A stretch of 64,000 nucleotides of DNA from Auanema rhodensis (taxonomy: Eukaryota > Animalia > Nematoda), in NCBI GenBank assembly GCA_964057225.1, contig OZ059898.1, positions 12,896,001 to 12,960,000 on the forward strand, given 5' to 3'. The first letter of the stretch is position 1, and the number at the start of each line of letters is the position of its first letter. The notes beneath the pieces were generated by a model. It was not told the DNA's origin, ran no database searches, and worked only from the letters and a program-made list of their open reading frames with translations. The translations under genes and the position numbers were made by a program. Below are positions 40,201 through 53,283 of this stretch, in pieces.

Positions 40201-43200
40201 GTGGATGGGGTCTATATAAACCTTTTTTCCTGAAATTTGAAAAGTCACAGCCAAATCTCACTAAGCAATTCAGAATCTACACATCTGAATACCCAACCTC
40301 AGAGTATTTTCATTTGATTATAGTTTATGATCTTTGACAAAATCGAACAATCACCAGACACAACGTGCCTACAGCCTGAACTTTTTTGTGAACAAATCTT
40401 GTGGATAGGGTCTATATAAACCTTTTTTCCTGAAATTTGAAAAGTCACAGCCAAATCTCATTAAGCAATTCAGAATCTACACATCTGAATACCCAACCTC
40501 AGAGTATTTTCATTTGATTATAGTTAATAATCTTTGACAAAATCGAACAATCACCAGACACAACGTGCCTACAGCCTGAACTTTTTTGTGAACAAATCTT
40601 GTGGATGGGGTCTATATAAACCTTTTTTCCTGAAATTTGAAAAGTCACAGCCAAATCTCACTAAGCAATTCAGAATCTACACATCTGAATACTCAACCTC
40701 AGAGTATTTTTATTTGATTATAGTTTATGATCTTTGACAAAATCGAACAATCACCAGACACAACGTGCCTACAGCCTGAACTTTTTTGTGAACAAATCTT
40801 GTGGATGGGGTCTATATAAACCTTTTTTCCTGAAATTTGAAAAGTCACAGCCAAATCTCACTAAGCAATTCAGAATCTACACATCTGAATACCCAACCTC
40901 AGAGTATTTTTATTTGATTATAGTTAATAATCTTTGACAAAATCGAACAATCACCAGACACAACGTGCCTACAGCCTGAACTTTTTTGTGAACAAATCTT
41001 GTGGATGGGGTCTATATAAACCTTTTTTCCTGAAATTTGAAAAGTCACAGCCAAATCTCACTAAGCAATTCAGAATCTACACATCTGAATACTCAACCTC
41101 AGAGTATTTTTATTTGATTATAGTTAATAATCTTTGACAAAATCGAACAATCACCAGACACAACGTGCCTACAGCCTGAACTTTTTTGTGAACAAATCTT
41201 GTGGATGGGGTCTATATAAACCTTTTTTCCTGAAATTTGAAAAGTCACAGCCAAATCTCACTAAGCAATTCAGAATCTACACATCTGAATACCCAACCTC
41301 AGAGTATTTTTATTTGATTATAGTTAATAATCTTTGACAAAATCGAACAATCACCAGACACAACGTGCCTACAGCCTGAACTTTTTTGTGAACAAATCTT
41401 GTGGATGGGGTCTATATAAACCTTTTTTCCTGAAATTTGAAAAGTCACAGCCAAATCTCACTAAGCAATTCAGAATCTACACATCTGAATACCCAACCTC
41501 AGAGTATTTTCATTTGATTATAGTTAATAATCTTTGACAAAATCGAACAATCACCAGACACAACGTGCCTACAGCCTGAACTTTTTTGTGAACAAATCTT
41601 GTGGATGGGGTCTATATAAACCTTTTTTCCTGAAATTTGAAAAGTCACAGCCAAATCTCACTAAGCAATTCAGAATCTACACATCTGAATACCCAACCTC
41701 AGAGTATTTTCATTTGATTATAGTTAATAATCTTTGACAAAATCGAACAATCACCAGACACAACGTGCCTACAGCCTGAACTTTTTTGTGAACAAATCTT
41801 GTGGATGGGGTCTATATAAACCTTTTTTCCTGAAATTTGAAAAGTCACAGCCAAATCTCACTAAGCAATTCAGAATCTACACATCTGAATACCCAACCTC
41901 AGAGTATTTTCATTTGATTATAGTTAATAATCTTTGACAAAATCGAACAATCACCAGACACAACGTGCCTACAGCCTGAACTTTTTTGTGAACAAATCTT
42001 GTGGATGGGGTCTATATAAACCTTTTTTCCTGAAATTTGAAAAGTCACAGCCAAATCTCACTAAGCAATTCAGAATCTACACATCTGAATACCCAACCTC
42101 AGAGTATTTTCATTTGATTATAGTTAATAATCTTTGACAAAATCGAACAATCACCAGACACAACGTGCCTACAGCCTGAACTTTTTTGTGAACAAATCTT
42201 GTGGATGGGGTCTATATAAACCTTTTTTCCTGAAATTTGAAAAGTCACAGCCAAATCTCACTAAGCAATTCAGAATCTACACATCTGAATACCCAACCTC
42301 AGAGTATTTTCATTTGATTATAGTTAATAATCTTTGACAAAATCGAACAATCACCGGACACAACGTGCCTACAGCCTGAACTTTTTTGTGAACAAATCTT
42401 GTGGATGGGGTCTATATAAACCTTTTTTCCTGAAATTTGAAAAGTCACAGCCAAATCTCACTAAGCAATTCAGAATCTACACATCTGAATACCCAACCTC
42501 AGAGTATTTTCATTTGATTATAGTTAATAATCTTTGACAAAATCGAACAATCACCAGACACAACGTGCCTACAGCCTGAACTTTTTTGTGAACAAATCTT
42601 GTGGATGGGGTCTATATAAACCTTTTTTCCTGAAATTTGAAAAGTCACAGCCAAATCTCACTAAGCAATTCAGAATCTACACATCTGAATACCCAACCTC
42701 AGAGTATTTTCATTTGATTATAGTTAATAATCTTTGACAAAATCGAACAATCACCAGACACAACGTGCCTACAGCCTGAACTTTTTTGTGAACAAATCTT
42801 GTGGATGGGGTCTATATAAACCTTTTTTCCTGAAATTTGAAAAGTCACAGCCAAATCTCACTAAGCAATTCAGAATCTACACATCTGAATACCCAACCTC
42901 AGAGTATTTTTATTTGATTATAGTTTATGATCTTTGACAAAATCGAACAATCACCGGACACAACGTGCCTACAGCCTGAACTTTTTTGTGAACAAATCTT
43001 GTGGATGGGGTCTATATAAACCTTTTTTCCTGAAATTTGAAAAGTCACAGCCAAATCTCACTAAGCAATTCAGAATCTACACATCTGAATACCCAACCTC
43101 AGAGTATTTTCATTTGATTATAGTTAATAATCTTTGACAAAATCGAACAATCACCAGACACAACGTGCCTACAGCCTGAACTTTTTTGTGAACAAATCTT

Positions 43201-46200
43201 GTGGATGGGGTCTATATAATCCTTTTTTCCTGAAATTTGAAAAGTCACAGCCAAATCTCACTAAGCAATTCAGAATCTACACATCTGAATACCCAACCTC
43301 AGAGTATTTTCATTTGATTATAGTTAATAATCTTTGACAAAATCGAACAATCACCAGACACAACGTGCCTACAGCCTGAACTTTTTTGTGAACAAATCTT
43401 GTGGATGGGGTCTATATAAACCTTTTTTCCTGAAATTTGAAAAGTCACAGCCAAATCTTACTAAGCAATTCAGAATCTACACATCTGAATACCCAACCTC
43501 AGAGTATTTTCATTTGATTATAGTTAATAATCTTTGACAAAATCGAACAATCACCAGACACAACGTGCCTACAGCCTGAACTTTTTTGTGAACAAATCTT
43601 GTGGATGGGGTCTATATAAACCTTTTTTCCTGAAATTTGAAAAGTCACAGCCAAATCTCACTAAGCAATTCAGAATCTACACATCTGAATACCCAACCTC
43701 AGAGTATTTTCATTTGATTATAGTTAATAATCTTTGACAAAATCGAACAATCACCAGACACAACGTGCCTACAGCCTGAACTTTTTTGTGAACAAATCTT
43801 GTGGATGGGGTCTATATAAACCTTTTTTCCTGAAATTTGAAAAGTCACAGCCAAATCTCACTAAGCAATTCAGAATCTACACATCTGAATACCCAACCTC
43901 AGAGTATTTTCATTTGATTATAGTTAATAATCTTTGACAAAATGGAACAATCACCAGACACAACGTGCCTACAGCCTGAACTTTTTTGTGAACAAATCTT
44001 GTGGATGGGGTCTATATAAACCTTTTTTCCTGAAATTTGAAAAGTCACAGCCAAATCTCACTAAGCAATTCAGAATCTACACATCTGAATACCCAACCTC
44101 AGAGTATTTTTATTTGATTATAGTTAATAATCTTTGACAAAATGGAACAATCACCAGACACAACGTGCCTACAGCCTGAACTTTTTTGTGAACAAATCTT
44201 GTGGATGGGGTCTATATAAACCTTTTTTCCTGAAATTTGAAAAGTCACAGCCAAATCTCACTAAGCAATTCAGAATCTACACATCTGAATACCCAACCTC
44301 AGAGTATTTTTATTTGATTATAGTTAATAATCTTTGACAAAATCGAACAATCACCAGACACAACGTGCCTACAGCCTGAACTTTTTTGTGAACAAATCTT
44401 GTGGATGGGGTCTATATAAACCTTTTTTCCTGAAATTTGAAAAGTCACAGCCAAATCTCACTAAGCAATTCAGAATCTACACATCTGAATACCCAACCTC
44501 AGAGTATTTTTATTTGATTATAGTTAATAATCTTTGACAAAATGGAACAATCACCAGACACAACGTGCCTACAGCCTGAACTTTTTTGTGAACAAATCTT
44601 GTGGATGGGGTCTATATAAACCTTTTTTCCTGAAATTTGAAAAGTCACAGCCAAATCTCACTAAGCAATTCAGAATCTACACATCTGAATACCCAACCTC
44701 AGAGTTTTTTCATTTGATTATAGTTAATAATCTTTGACAAAATCGAACAATCACCGGACACAACGTGCCTACAGCCTGAACTTTTTTGTGAACAAATCTT
44801 GTGGATGGGGTCTATATAAACCTTTTTTCCTGAAATTTGAAAAATCACAGCCAAATCTCACTAAGCAATTCAGAATCTACACATCTGAATACCCAACCTC
44901 AGAGTATTTTCATTTGATTATAGTTTATGATCTTTGACAAAATCGAACAATCACCGGACACAACGTGCCTACAGCCTGAATTTTTTTGTGAACAAATCTT
45001 GTGGATGGGGTCTATATAAACCTTTTTTCCTGAAATTTGAAAAGTCACAGCCAAATCTCACTAAGCAATTCAGAATCTACACATCTGAATACCCAACCTC
45101 AGAGTATTTTCATTCGATTATAGTTAATAATCTTTGACAAAATCGAACAATCACCGGACACAACGTGCCTACAGCCTGAACTTTTTTGTGAACAAATCTT
45201 GTGGATGGGGTCTATATAAACCTTTTTTCCTGAAATTTGAAAAGTCACAGCCAAATCTCACTAAGCAATTCAGAATCTACACATCTGAATACCCAACCTC
45301 AGAGTATTTTCATTTGATTATAGTTAATAATCTTTGACAAAATCGAACAATCACCAGACACAACGTGCCTACAGCCTGAACTTTTTTGTGAACAAATCTT
45401 GTGGATGGGGTCTATATAAACCTTTTTTCCTGAAATTTGAAAAGTCACAGCCAAATCTCACTAAGCAATTCAGAATCTACACATCTGAATACCCAACCTC
45501 AGAGTATTTTCATTCGATTATAGTTAATAATCTTTGACAAAATGGAACAATCACCAGACACAACGTGCCTACAGCCTGAACTTTTTTGTGAACAAATCTT
45601 GTGGATGGGGTCTATATAAACCTTTTTTCCTGAAATTTGAAAAGTCACAGCCAAATCTCACTAAGCAATTCAGAATCTACACATCTGAATACCCAACCTC
45701 AGAGTATTTTCATTTGATTATAGTTAATAATCTTTGACAAAATCGAACAATCACCGGACACAACGTGCCTACAGCCTGAACTTTTTTGTGAACAAATCTT
45801 GTGGATGGGGTCTATATAAACCTTTTTTCCTGAAATTTGAAAAGTCACAGCCAAATCTCACTAAGCAATTCAGAATCTACACATCTGAATACCCAACCTC
45901 AGAGTTTTTTCATTTGATTATAGTTAATAATCTTTGACAAAATCGAACAATCACCGGACACAACGTGCCTACAGCCTGAACTTTTTTGTGAACAAATCTT
46001 GTGGATGGGGTCTATATAAACCTTTTTTCCTGAAATTTGAAAAATCACAGCCAAATCTCACTAAGCAATTCAGAATCTACACATCTGAATACCCAACCTC
46101 AGAGTATTTTCATTTGATTATAGTTAATAATCTTTGACAAAATCGAACAATCACCAGACACAACGTGCCTACAGCCTGAACTTTTTTGTGAACAAATCTT

Positions 46201-49200
46201 GTGGATGGGGTCTATATAAACCTTTTTTCCTGAAATTTGAAAAGTCACAGCCAAATCTCACTAAGCAATTCAGAATCTACACATCTGAATACCCAACCTC
46301 AGAGTATTTTCATTTGATTATAGTTAATAATCTTTGACAAAATCGAACAATCACCAGACACAACGTGCCTACAGCCTGAACTTTTTTGTGAACAAATCTT
46401 GTGGATGGGGTCTATATAAACCTTTTTTCCTGAAATTTGAAAAGTCACAGCCAAATCTCACTAAGCAATTCAGAATCTACACATCTCAATACCCAACCTC
46501 AGAGTATTTTCATTTGATTATAGTTAATAATCTTTGACAAAATCGAACAATCACCAGACACAACGTGCCTACAGCCTGAACTTTTTTGTGAACAAATCTT
46601 GTGGATGGGGTCTATATAAACCTTTTTTCCTGAAATTTGAAAAGTCACAGCCAAATCTCACTAAGCAATTCAGAATCTACACATCTGAATACCCAACCTC
46701 AGAGTATTTTTATTTGATTATAGTTAATAATCTTTGACAAAATCGAACAATCACCAGACACAACGTGCCTACAGCCTGAACTTTTTTGTGAACAAATCTT
46801 GTGGATGGGGTCTATATAAACCTTTTTTCCTGAAATTTGAAGAGTCACAGCCAAATCTCACTAAGCAATTCAGAATCTACACATCTGAATACCCAACCTC
46901 AGAATATTTTTATTTGATTATAGTTTATGATCTTTGACAAAATCGAACAATCACCAGACACAACGTGCCTACAGCCTGAACTTTTTTGTGAACAAATCTT
47001 GTGGATGGGGTCTATATAAACCTTTTTTCCTGAAATTTGAAGAGTCACAGCCAAATCTCACTAAGCAATTCAGAATCTACACATCTGAATACCCAACCTC
47101 AGAATATTTTTATTTGATTATAGTTTATGATCTTTGACAAAATCGAACAATCACCAGACACAACGTGCCTACAGCCTGAACTTTTTTGTGAACAAATCTT
47201 GTGGATGGGGTCTATATAAACCTTTTTTCCTGAAATTTGAAGAGTCACAGCCAAATCTCACTAAGCAATTCAGAATCTACACATCTGAATACCCAACCTC
47301 AGAGTATTTTTATTTGATTATAGTTAATAATCTTTGACAAAATCGAACAATCACCGGACACAACGTGCCTACAGCCTGAACTTTTTTGTGAACAAATCTT
47401 GTGGATGGGGTCTATATAAACCTTTTTTTCTGAAATTTGAAAAGTCACAGCCAAATCTCACTAAGCAATTCAGAATCTACACATCTGAATACCCAACTTT
47501 AGAGTATTTTTATTTGATTATAGTTAATAATCTTTGACAAAATCGAACAATCACCGGACACAACGTGCCTACAGCCTGAACTTTTTTGTGAACAAATCTT
47601 GTGGATGGGGTCTATATAAACCTTTTTTCCTGAAATTTGAAAAATCACAGCCAAATCTCACTAAGCAATTCAGAATCTACACATCTGAATACCCAACCTC
47701 AGAATATTTTTATTTGATTATAGTTTATGATCTTTGACAAAATCGAACAATCACCGGACACAACGTGCCTACAGCCTGAACTTTTTTGTGAACAAATCTT
47801 GTGGATGGGGTCTATATAAACCTTTTTTCCTGAAATTTGAAAAGTCACAGCCAAATCTCACTAAGCAATTCAGAATCTACACATCTGAATACCCAACCTC
47901 AGAGTATTTTTATTTGATTATAGTTAATAATCTTTGACAAAATCGAACAATCACCGGACACAACGTGCCTACAGCCTGAACTTTTTTGTGAACAAATCTT
48001 GTGGATGGGGTCTATATAAACCTTTTTTTCTGAAATTTGAAAAGTCACAGCCAAATCTCACTAAGCAATTCAGAATCTACACATCTGAATACCCAACTTT
48101 AGAGTATTTTTATTTGATTATAGTTAATAATCTTTGACAAAATCGAACAATCACCGGACACAACGTGCCTACAGCCTGAACTTTTTTGTGAACAAATCTT
48201 GTGGATGGGGTCTATATAAACCTTTTTTCCTGAAATTTGAAAAATCACAGCCAAATCTCACTAAGCAATTCAGAATCTACACATCTGAATACCCAACCTC
48301 AGAATATTTTTATTTGATTATAGTTTATGATCTTTGACAAAATCGAACAATCACCGGACACAACGTGCCTACAGCCTGAACTTTTTTGTGAACAAATCTT
48401 GTGGATGGGGTCTATATAAACCTTTTTTCCTGAAATTTGAAAAATCACAGCCAAATCTCACTAAGCAATTCAGAATCTACACATCTGAATACCCAACCTC
48501 AGAATATTTTTATTTGATTATAGTTTATGATCTTTGACAAAATCGAACAATCACCGGACACAACGTGCCTACAGCCTGAACTTTTTTGTGAACAAATCTT
48601 GTGGATGGGGTCTATATAAACCTTTTTTCCTGAAATTTGAAAAATCACAGCCAAATCTCACTAAGCAATTCAGAATCTACACATCTGAATACCCAACCTC
48701 AGAGTATTTTCATTTGATTATAGTTTATGATCTTTGACAAAATCGAACAATCACCGGACACAACGTGCCTACAGCCTGAACTTTTTTGTGAACAAATCTT
48801 GTGGATGGGGTCTATATAAACCTTTTTTCCTGAAATTTGAAAAGTCACAGCCAAATCTCACTAAGCAATTCAGAATCTACACATCTGAATACCCAACCTC
48901 AGAGTATTTTCATTTGATTATAGTTTATGATCTTTGACAAAATCGAACAATCACCGGACACAACGTGCCTACAGCCTGAACTTTTTTGTGAACAAATCTT
49001 GTGGATGGGGTCTATATAAACCTTTTTTCCTGAAATTTGAAAAATCACAGCCAAATCTCACTAAGCAATTCAGAATCTACACATCTGAATACCCAACCTC
49101 AGAGTATTTTCATTTGATTATAGTTTATGATCTTTGACAAAATCGAACAATCACCGGACACAACGTGCCTACCGCCTGAACTTTTTTGTGAACAAATCTT

Positions 49201-49605
49201 GTGGATGGGGTCTATATAAACCTTTTTTCCTGAAATTTGAAAAGTCACAGCCAAATCTCACTAAGCAATTCAGAATCTACACATCTGAATACCCAACCTC
49301 AGAGTATTTTCATTTGATTATAGTTTATGATCTTTGACAAAATCGAACAATCACCAGACACAACGTGCCTACAGCCTGAACTTTTTTGTGAACAAATCTT
49401 GTGGATGGTCTTGGTATAAACCGTTTTTCCGGAAATACTAGATGTCCTAGCCAAACCTTATACGGAAATTCAGATTCTACACATCCGAATATCCATCTTT
49501 TTGTTGTTTTTATTTGATTTGAAGAGATCATTTTTGAGAAAAGTGGACATTCAACGGGTACAACGTGCCTACAGCCTAAACTTTTTTGTGAACAAATCTT
49601 GTGGA
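31288..49605. repeat. Tandem satellite array, 200-bp monomer, ~91 copies, divergent terminal monomers
   Basis: ORF track recurs at exact 200-bp steps from 31534 to 49134. Monomers differ only by a few substitutions; the last monomer (from ~49409) is markedly diverged. Confidence 0.99.
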
Positions 49606-49856
49606 GTTTTTAAACATGTGTAAGTTATCTGTGTTCTTCAATTAACTTTGTTTTTATGCTACAACAATTCTCTCGTTGTAAATTTATTGATTTATTTATT
49701 TGAAAATGCTTACGTCATTCACGTGAATGAAATTATAGTATTATATTATGTTAATTTCAAAAAGACGTGACAGCGGTTGTATTTTTTGTAAATTAATTAT
49801 TTAATATTAAAATGTAAGTTAGTATGAAGTGTCATGTGGAAGTTATTTACGTTGTT

Positions 49857-51069
49857 ATTTATTGTTTCGCATTTCTAAATTATATAAGCATATTCTATCA
49901 TTTAACCTATCTAATCTCAATAAATTCACAATAGCTTTTCGATATGATGGTACTGTATTTAATGCTAACATAGGTCCACATAAAGCATAAAGTGTGAGAG
50001 TAGATAAAAAAAAATCTTGAATTTCTGCAGAAATAAAAAGAAAAGTATGATATTTCTCATGACGAGATTACCTTGTATAGAAACACAAAAATATGAGAAA
50101 CACAAGAAGGAAAAAGCCAACACGGTAGCGGTGATAAGAAATAATCCCTTAATTGTATTATAAAGAATGTTATTTAAAATAAGAAAAACCTGAATAAAAT
50201 TAATTTTTATAAACATTTTATGTGAAACTAAAGTTTGTTGAGACATGCTGCTTTTGATATTATTAAATCTAATCCATGTTAGAACTCCTAATGTACAAAT
50301 ATCAATTAAAAATAATATATTAATTAATAAGCATAGTATGATAAGTATTAGTATAAAAATCCCTGATTTTGTAAATGAAATAACTAATGTTTGTTCTTGT
50401 AAAATATATTTAGGATCACCAGGATATATCTGGAAATTTATTAGGTTCTAGGCTCACAGATTTCTATAATATGATCTAACCTTTAAGCAATCTCTCTTAA
50501 CTTCATCAATATTTTCTAGATGGGTAGTGAAGAATAAAATAAGTGGAATAAATAAATGTTTTATAGATGTTATAGTATATATTGCATATTTTGAGTATTT
50601 ATGTGGTCTGATTTGTAGAGCTTGATATCGACGATGAAACATAAGAATGGTTATTCCAGCGTAATCTTATTATTTGAATTATTTTCAGTTTGTATGGTTA
50701 CTAACACTTACAGTAAACGATCAAAACCTCTATTAATAATATGGTAAATGTAGAAAGTTCACAATATTGCAGAAATCCACGAGGATATCCACCGAGACAA
50801 GGTGCTATGAACGTAGGCATTGTACCAGATGCAATGAACGAGAATAGAAATCCACTTAAACATATATTTGTTACAAAAACATAGTTAGTGAAACTTGGTG
50901 AAAGTTTAACTTTTGAACTTAAAACTTACAAGAAACATTGTAAAAATAAAAAACATTTGTATTCAATATTCATTTGTGTTGGAGAATGAAATAAAACACA
51001 AAAAAATGTTATACATATACCACCTAATGTTAATGGGATGCATATGTAGTAAATAATTAAATTTAACAT
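49857..51069 (-). CDS. Serpentine chemoreceptor GPCR (Str superfamily, srh/sri-like), multi-exon
   Basis: Hydrophobic exons with PTFIAPCLGGYPRGFL, FHRRYQAL, MSQQTLVSHKMFIKINFIQ and PSYRKAI; TTTCAG before the ATG; exact stop uncertain. Confidence 0.75.
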
Positions 51070-52484
51070 ATTAACTGAAATATTATAAAAATCAAAAAAG
51101 AATAATATATAGTAGAAAGATCTATAGCTGTCAGTGACTTCTCATGTAGCAACTATAGGTTTCAAAAGAAAAGTAAAGAAGAAGAAAATACTAGTTGTCA
51201 GTACATTTAAAAAAAAATTTGAAAAATAATATTTGAATTCAAAAAATATAATCTAAAAAAATTGTTGAATACTGGTTAGTCGAGCATTCATCGGAAATGT
51301 GAAAAAATGGAACTGAAATTTCTGAGTTTGTTCAAAATAGATACAAAAAAAAAGATCTATTTGTGAATGAATATTATGTCATCGATGCAAAAAAACTAAA
51401 TATTTTGTATTTTAATAATTATAATTGAAAAAAGATAGAAAATTATATGAATGTTTCTACAAAAAAATGTGTTTTGAAAAAAAAAATACAAAATTCATAA
51501 TATAAATTGTTTCGAGTGAGATCGAAATGTCACAAAAATAATAAGAAAAAAGATAAATAAAAGTAAAATATGAAAATATGATAAACATTACATTTTATTT
51601 TTACCTTTCAAACGTGTATAAGCGGTCGAATCACAAGACGTGGAATCTACGTCTAATTTACGTGAAAGTTTGCCTTTATTTTTCAGTTGTTGATCGTGTA
51701 TCTATCTTATGCGGCTTTTTGGGGAGAATGGTGCATAGGCACCAATCCTAGCTCACCTTCGTTCAATTTATTATTATTTGTTTCTTATAGTTAGTAATAT
51801 ATTTATATAGAAGTTGTAAGATCCACAGACAAGCAATTCAAAAGGGGATTCAAACCTTTATACTTTAAATTTATTTTTATTTTCTTATATTTTTGAGACA
51901 TAAATATAGGTGTGTAATGCTTGCTAGCTAATTATCTTGTTGGAATGAAGCAATCTTGTGAATAAGATAAGAGGAGACCTAACTCTGGCGAGTGAGCCTA
52001 ACAGAACTGGCTGAGTGACTGTAGCATGTACCTTATCCCTATTACTACTTCCTAAGTATACATGTTGTGTGACATTCTACTATTACACTTGCATTTATAG
52101 GTATAAGTATGAGATGATGATAAAAATGATTTATAGTTTATAAAAATAATTAGAATATATAGTTAACAAGTATATTGTATTACTTATATACAACCGATTT
52201 CAAATCTTTTTCAAAACAAAATATTATTCTAATATTCGTACACGTGAATGACACGATTCCCTGATTTTCATAAACTAGATGAAGCTGAATGAAACATAAC
52301 AAAACATCATTGGATTTATATAAAATTTCATTTTTCAATAAAGTTTCATGTGCAAAATAGATTTGATGCTGTTTTTACTATACAAACTATTTTCTTAATT
52401 ATTCTAATTATAATGAAATGAAAGAAGGTTAGAAATCTTTATTCATATAGATGTTACAAGATGAATATCATTGATTCTTCTTTC

Positions 52485-52835
52485 TTACCAACCATTGGCA
52501 TTCCAGCAGTTCAGGGTGTGGTTGAATTCTTGGACAGTCAAACAACACCTGGAATGAGATCATGTTGAAACTTGAATTCAAAACTTGAAGCTTTACTTGT
52601 AGTAGTTGTTGTTACAGTTGTGCATCTGAACATCAAGACATCTCTTATAACACGTGTCAGCACACCAGGTTTCCCTCCAGCTGAAAAGCTCAAAGTAAGG
52701 TTAGAAATTCAGAAGATACAACGTTTGGGGGATGGAAGCTTCACAGTTGGATCCAGCAAGAGTTCCGTGACAGTAGTCAACGCAGGAAGCATAGGCAGCA
52801 GCAATGCAGACAGCAAGAACGATGAGGAGTTTCAT
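52485..52835 (-). CDS. Small secreted 10-Cys peptide, copy A (86 aa, 3 exons)
   Basis: MKLLIVLAVCIAAAYA-SCVDYCHGTLAGSNCEASIPQTWRETWCADTCYKRCLDVQMHNCNNNYYKCCLTVQEFNHTLNCWNANGW*; 42- and 48-nt GT-AG introns; TTTCAG 1 nt before the ATG; AATAAA in the 3' flank. Confidence 0.85.
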
Positions 52836-52932
52836 TCTGAAAGGTCAAATTTCAAATTGGAAAGGTAGAAAGTTGGAAGCTGGAAAGGTGAAGGATATGC
52901 TGGATGATGATGATCTGATGTTTAACTGTTAA

Positions 52933-52944
52933 CTGCTTATATAC
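52933..52944 (-). promoter_or_regulatory. TATA box GTATATAAGCAG for copy A
   Basis: GTATAWWAG consensus ~100 bp upstream of the ATG; an identical 12-mer lies at 55324-55335 upstream of the zinc-finger gene. Confidence 0.55.
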
Positions 52945-53283
52945 ATGATTGTAATTTTAATAAAAAATTTAATATATATTATACTATATAGAATAAAATA
53001 ATATTTTTATAACCAAATTATAAAACTTTATTTAAACTTTGATATCAAAAACAATTTTATACAAACTTGTATCATTAAGTAAGCCTTCAAGAGCTCCCAC
53101 TTTTTATAAGCCAGCATGAGATCTATTGAAAAACAAATTTCTTTTTTCTATTAAATGTTCAATAAAGATTAAAATTATGTTTTTAAGCTGATAAACATCA
53201 GATCATCATCATCATCCAGCATATTTTTCTCTTTTCCAGCTTCCAACTTTGCACTTTTCAAACTTGAAATTTGACCTTTCAGA

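Noticed and set aside
31301-49337. ~88 tandem 67-aa ORFs with overlapping TTGA stop/start
   Set aside because: TTG starts in a eukaryote; no splice signals; nonsense variants (40007, 40407) and start-loss variants are tolerated; a by-product of the 200-bp period
31288-49605. CRISPR array, 5S/SL1 or snRNA repeat
   Set aside because: No unique spacers or cas genes; no SL1 leader, 5S sequence or spliceosomal snRNA sequence recognised in the monomer
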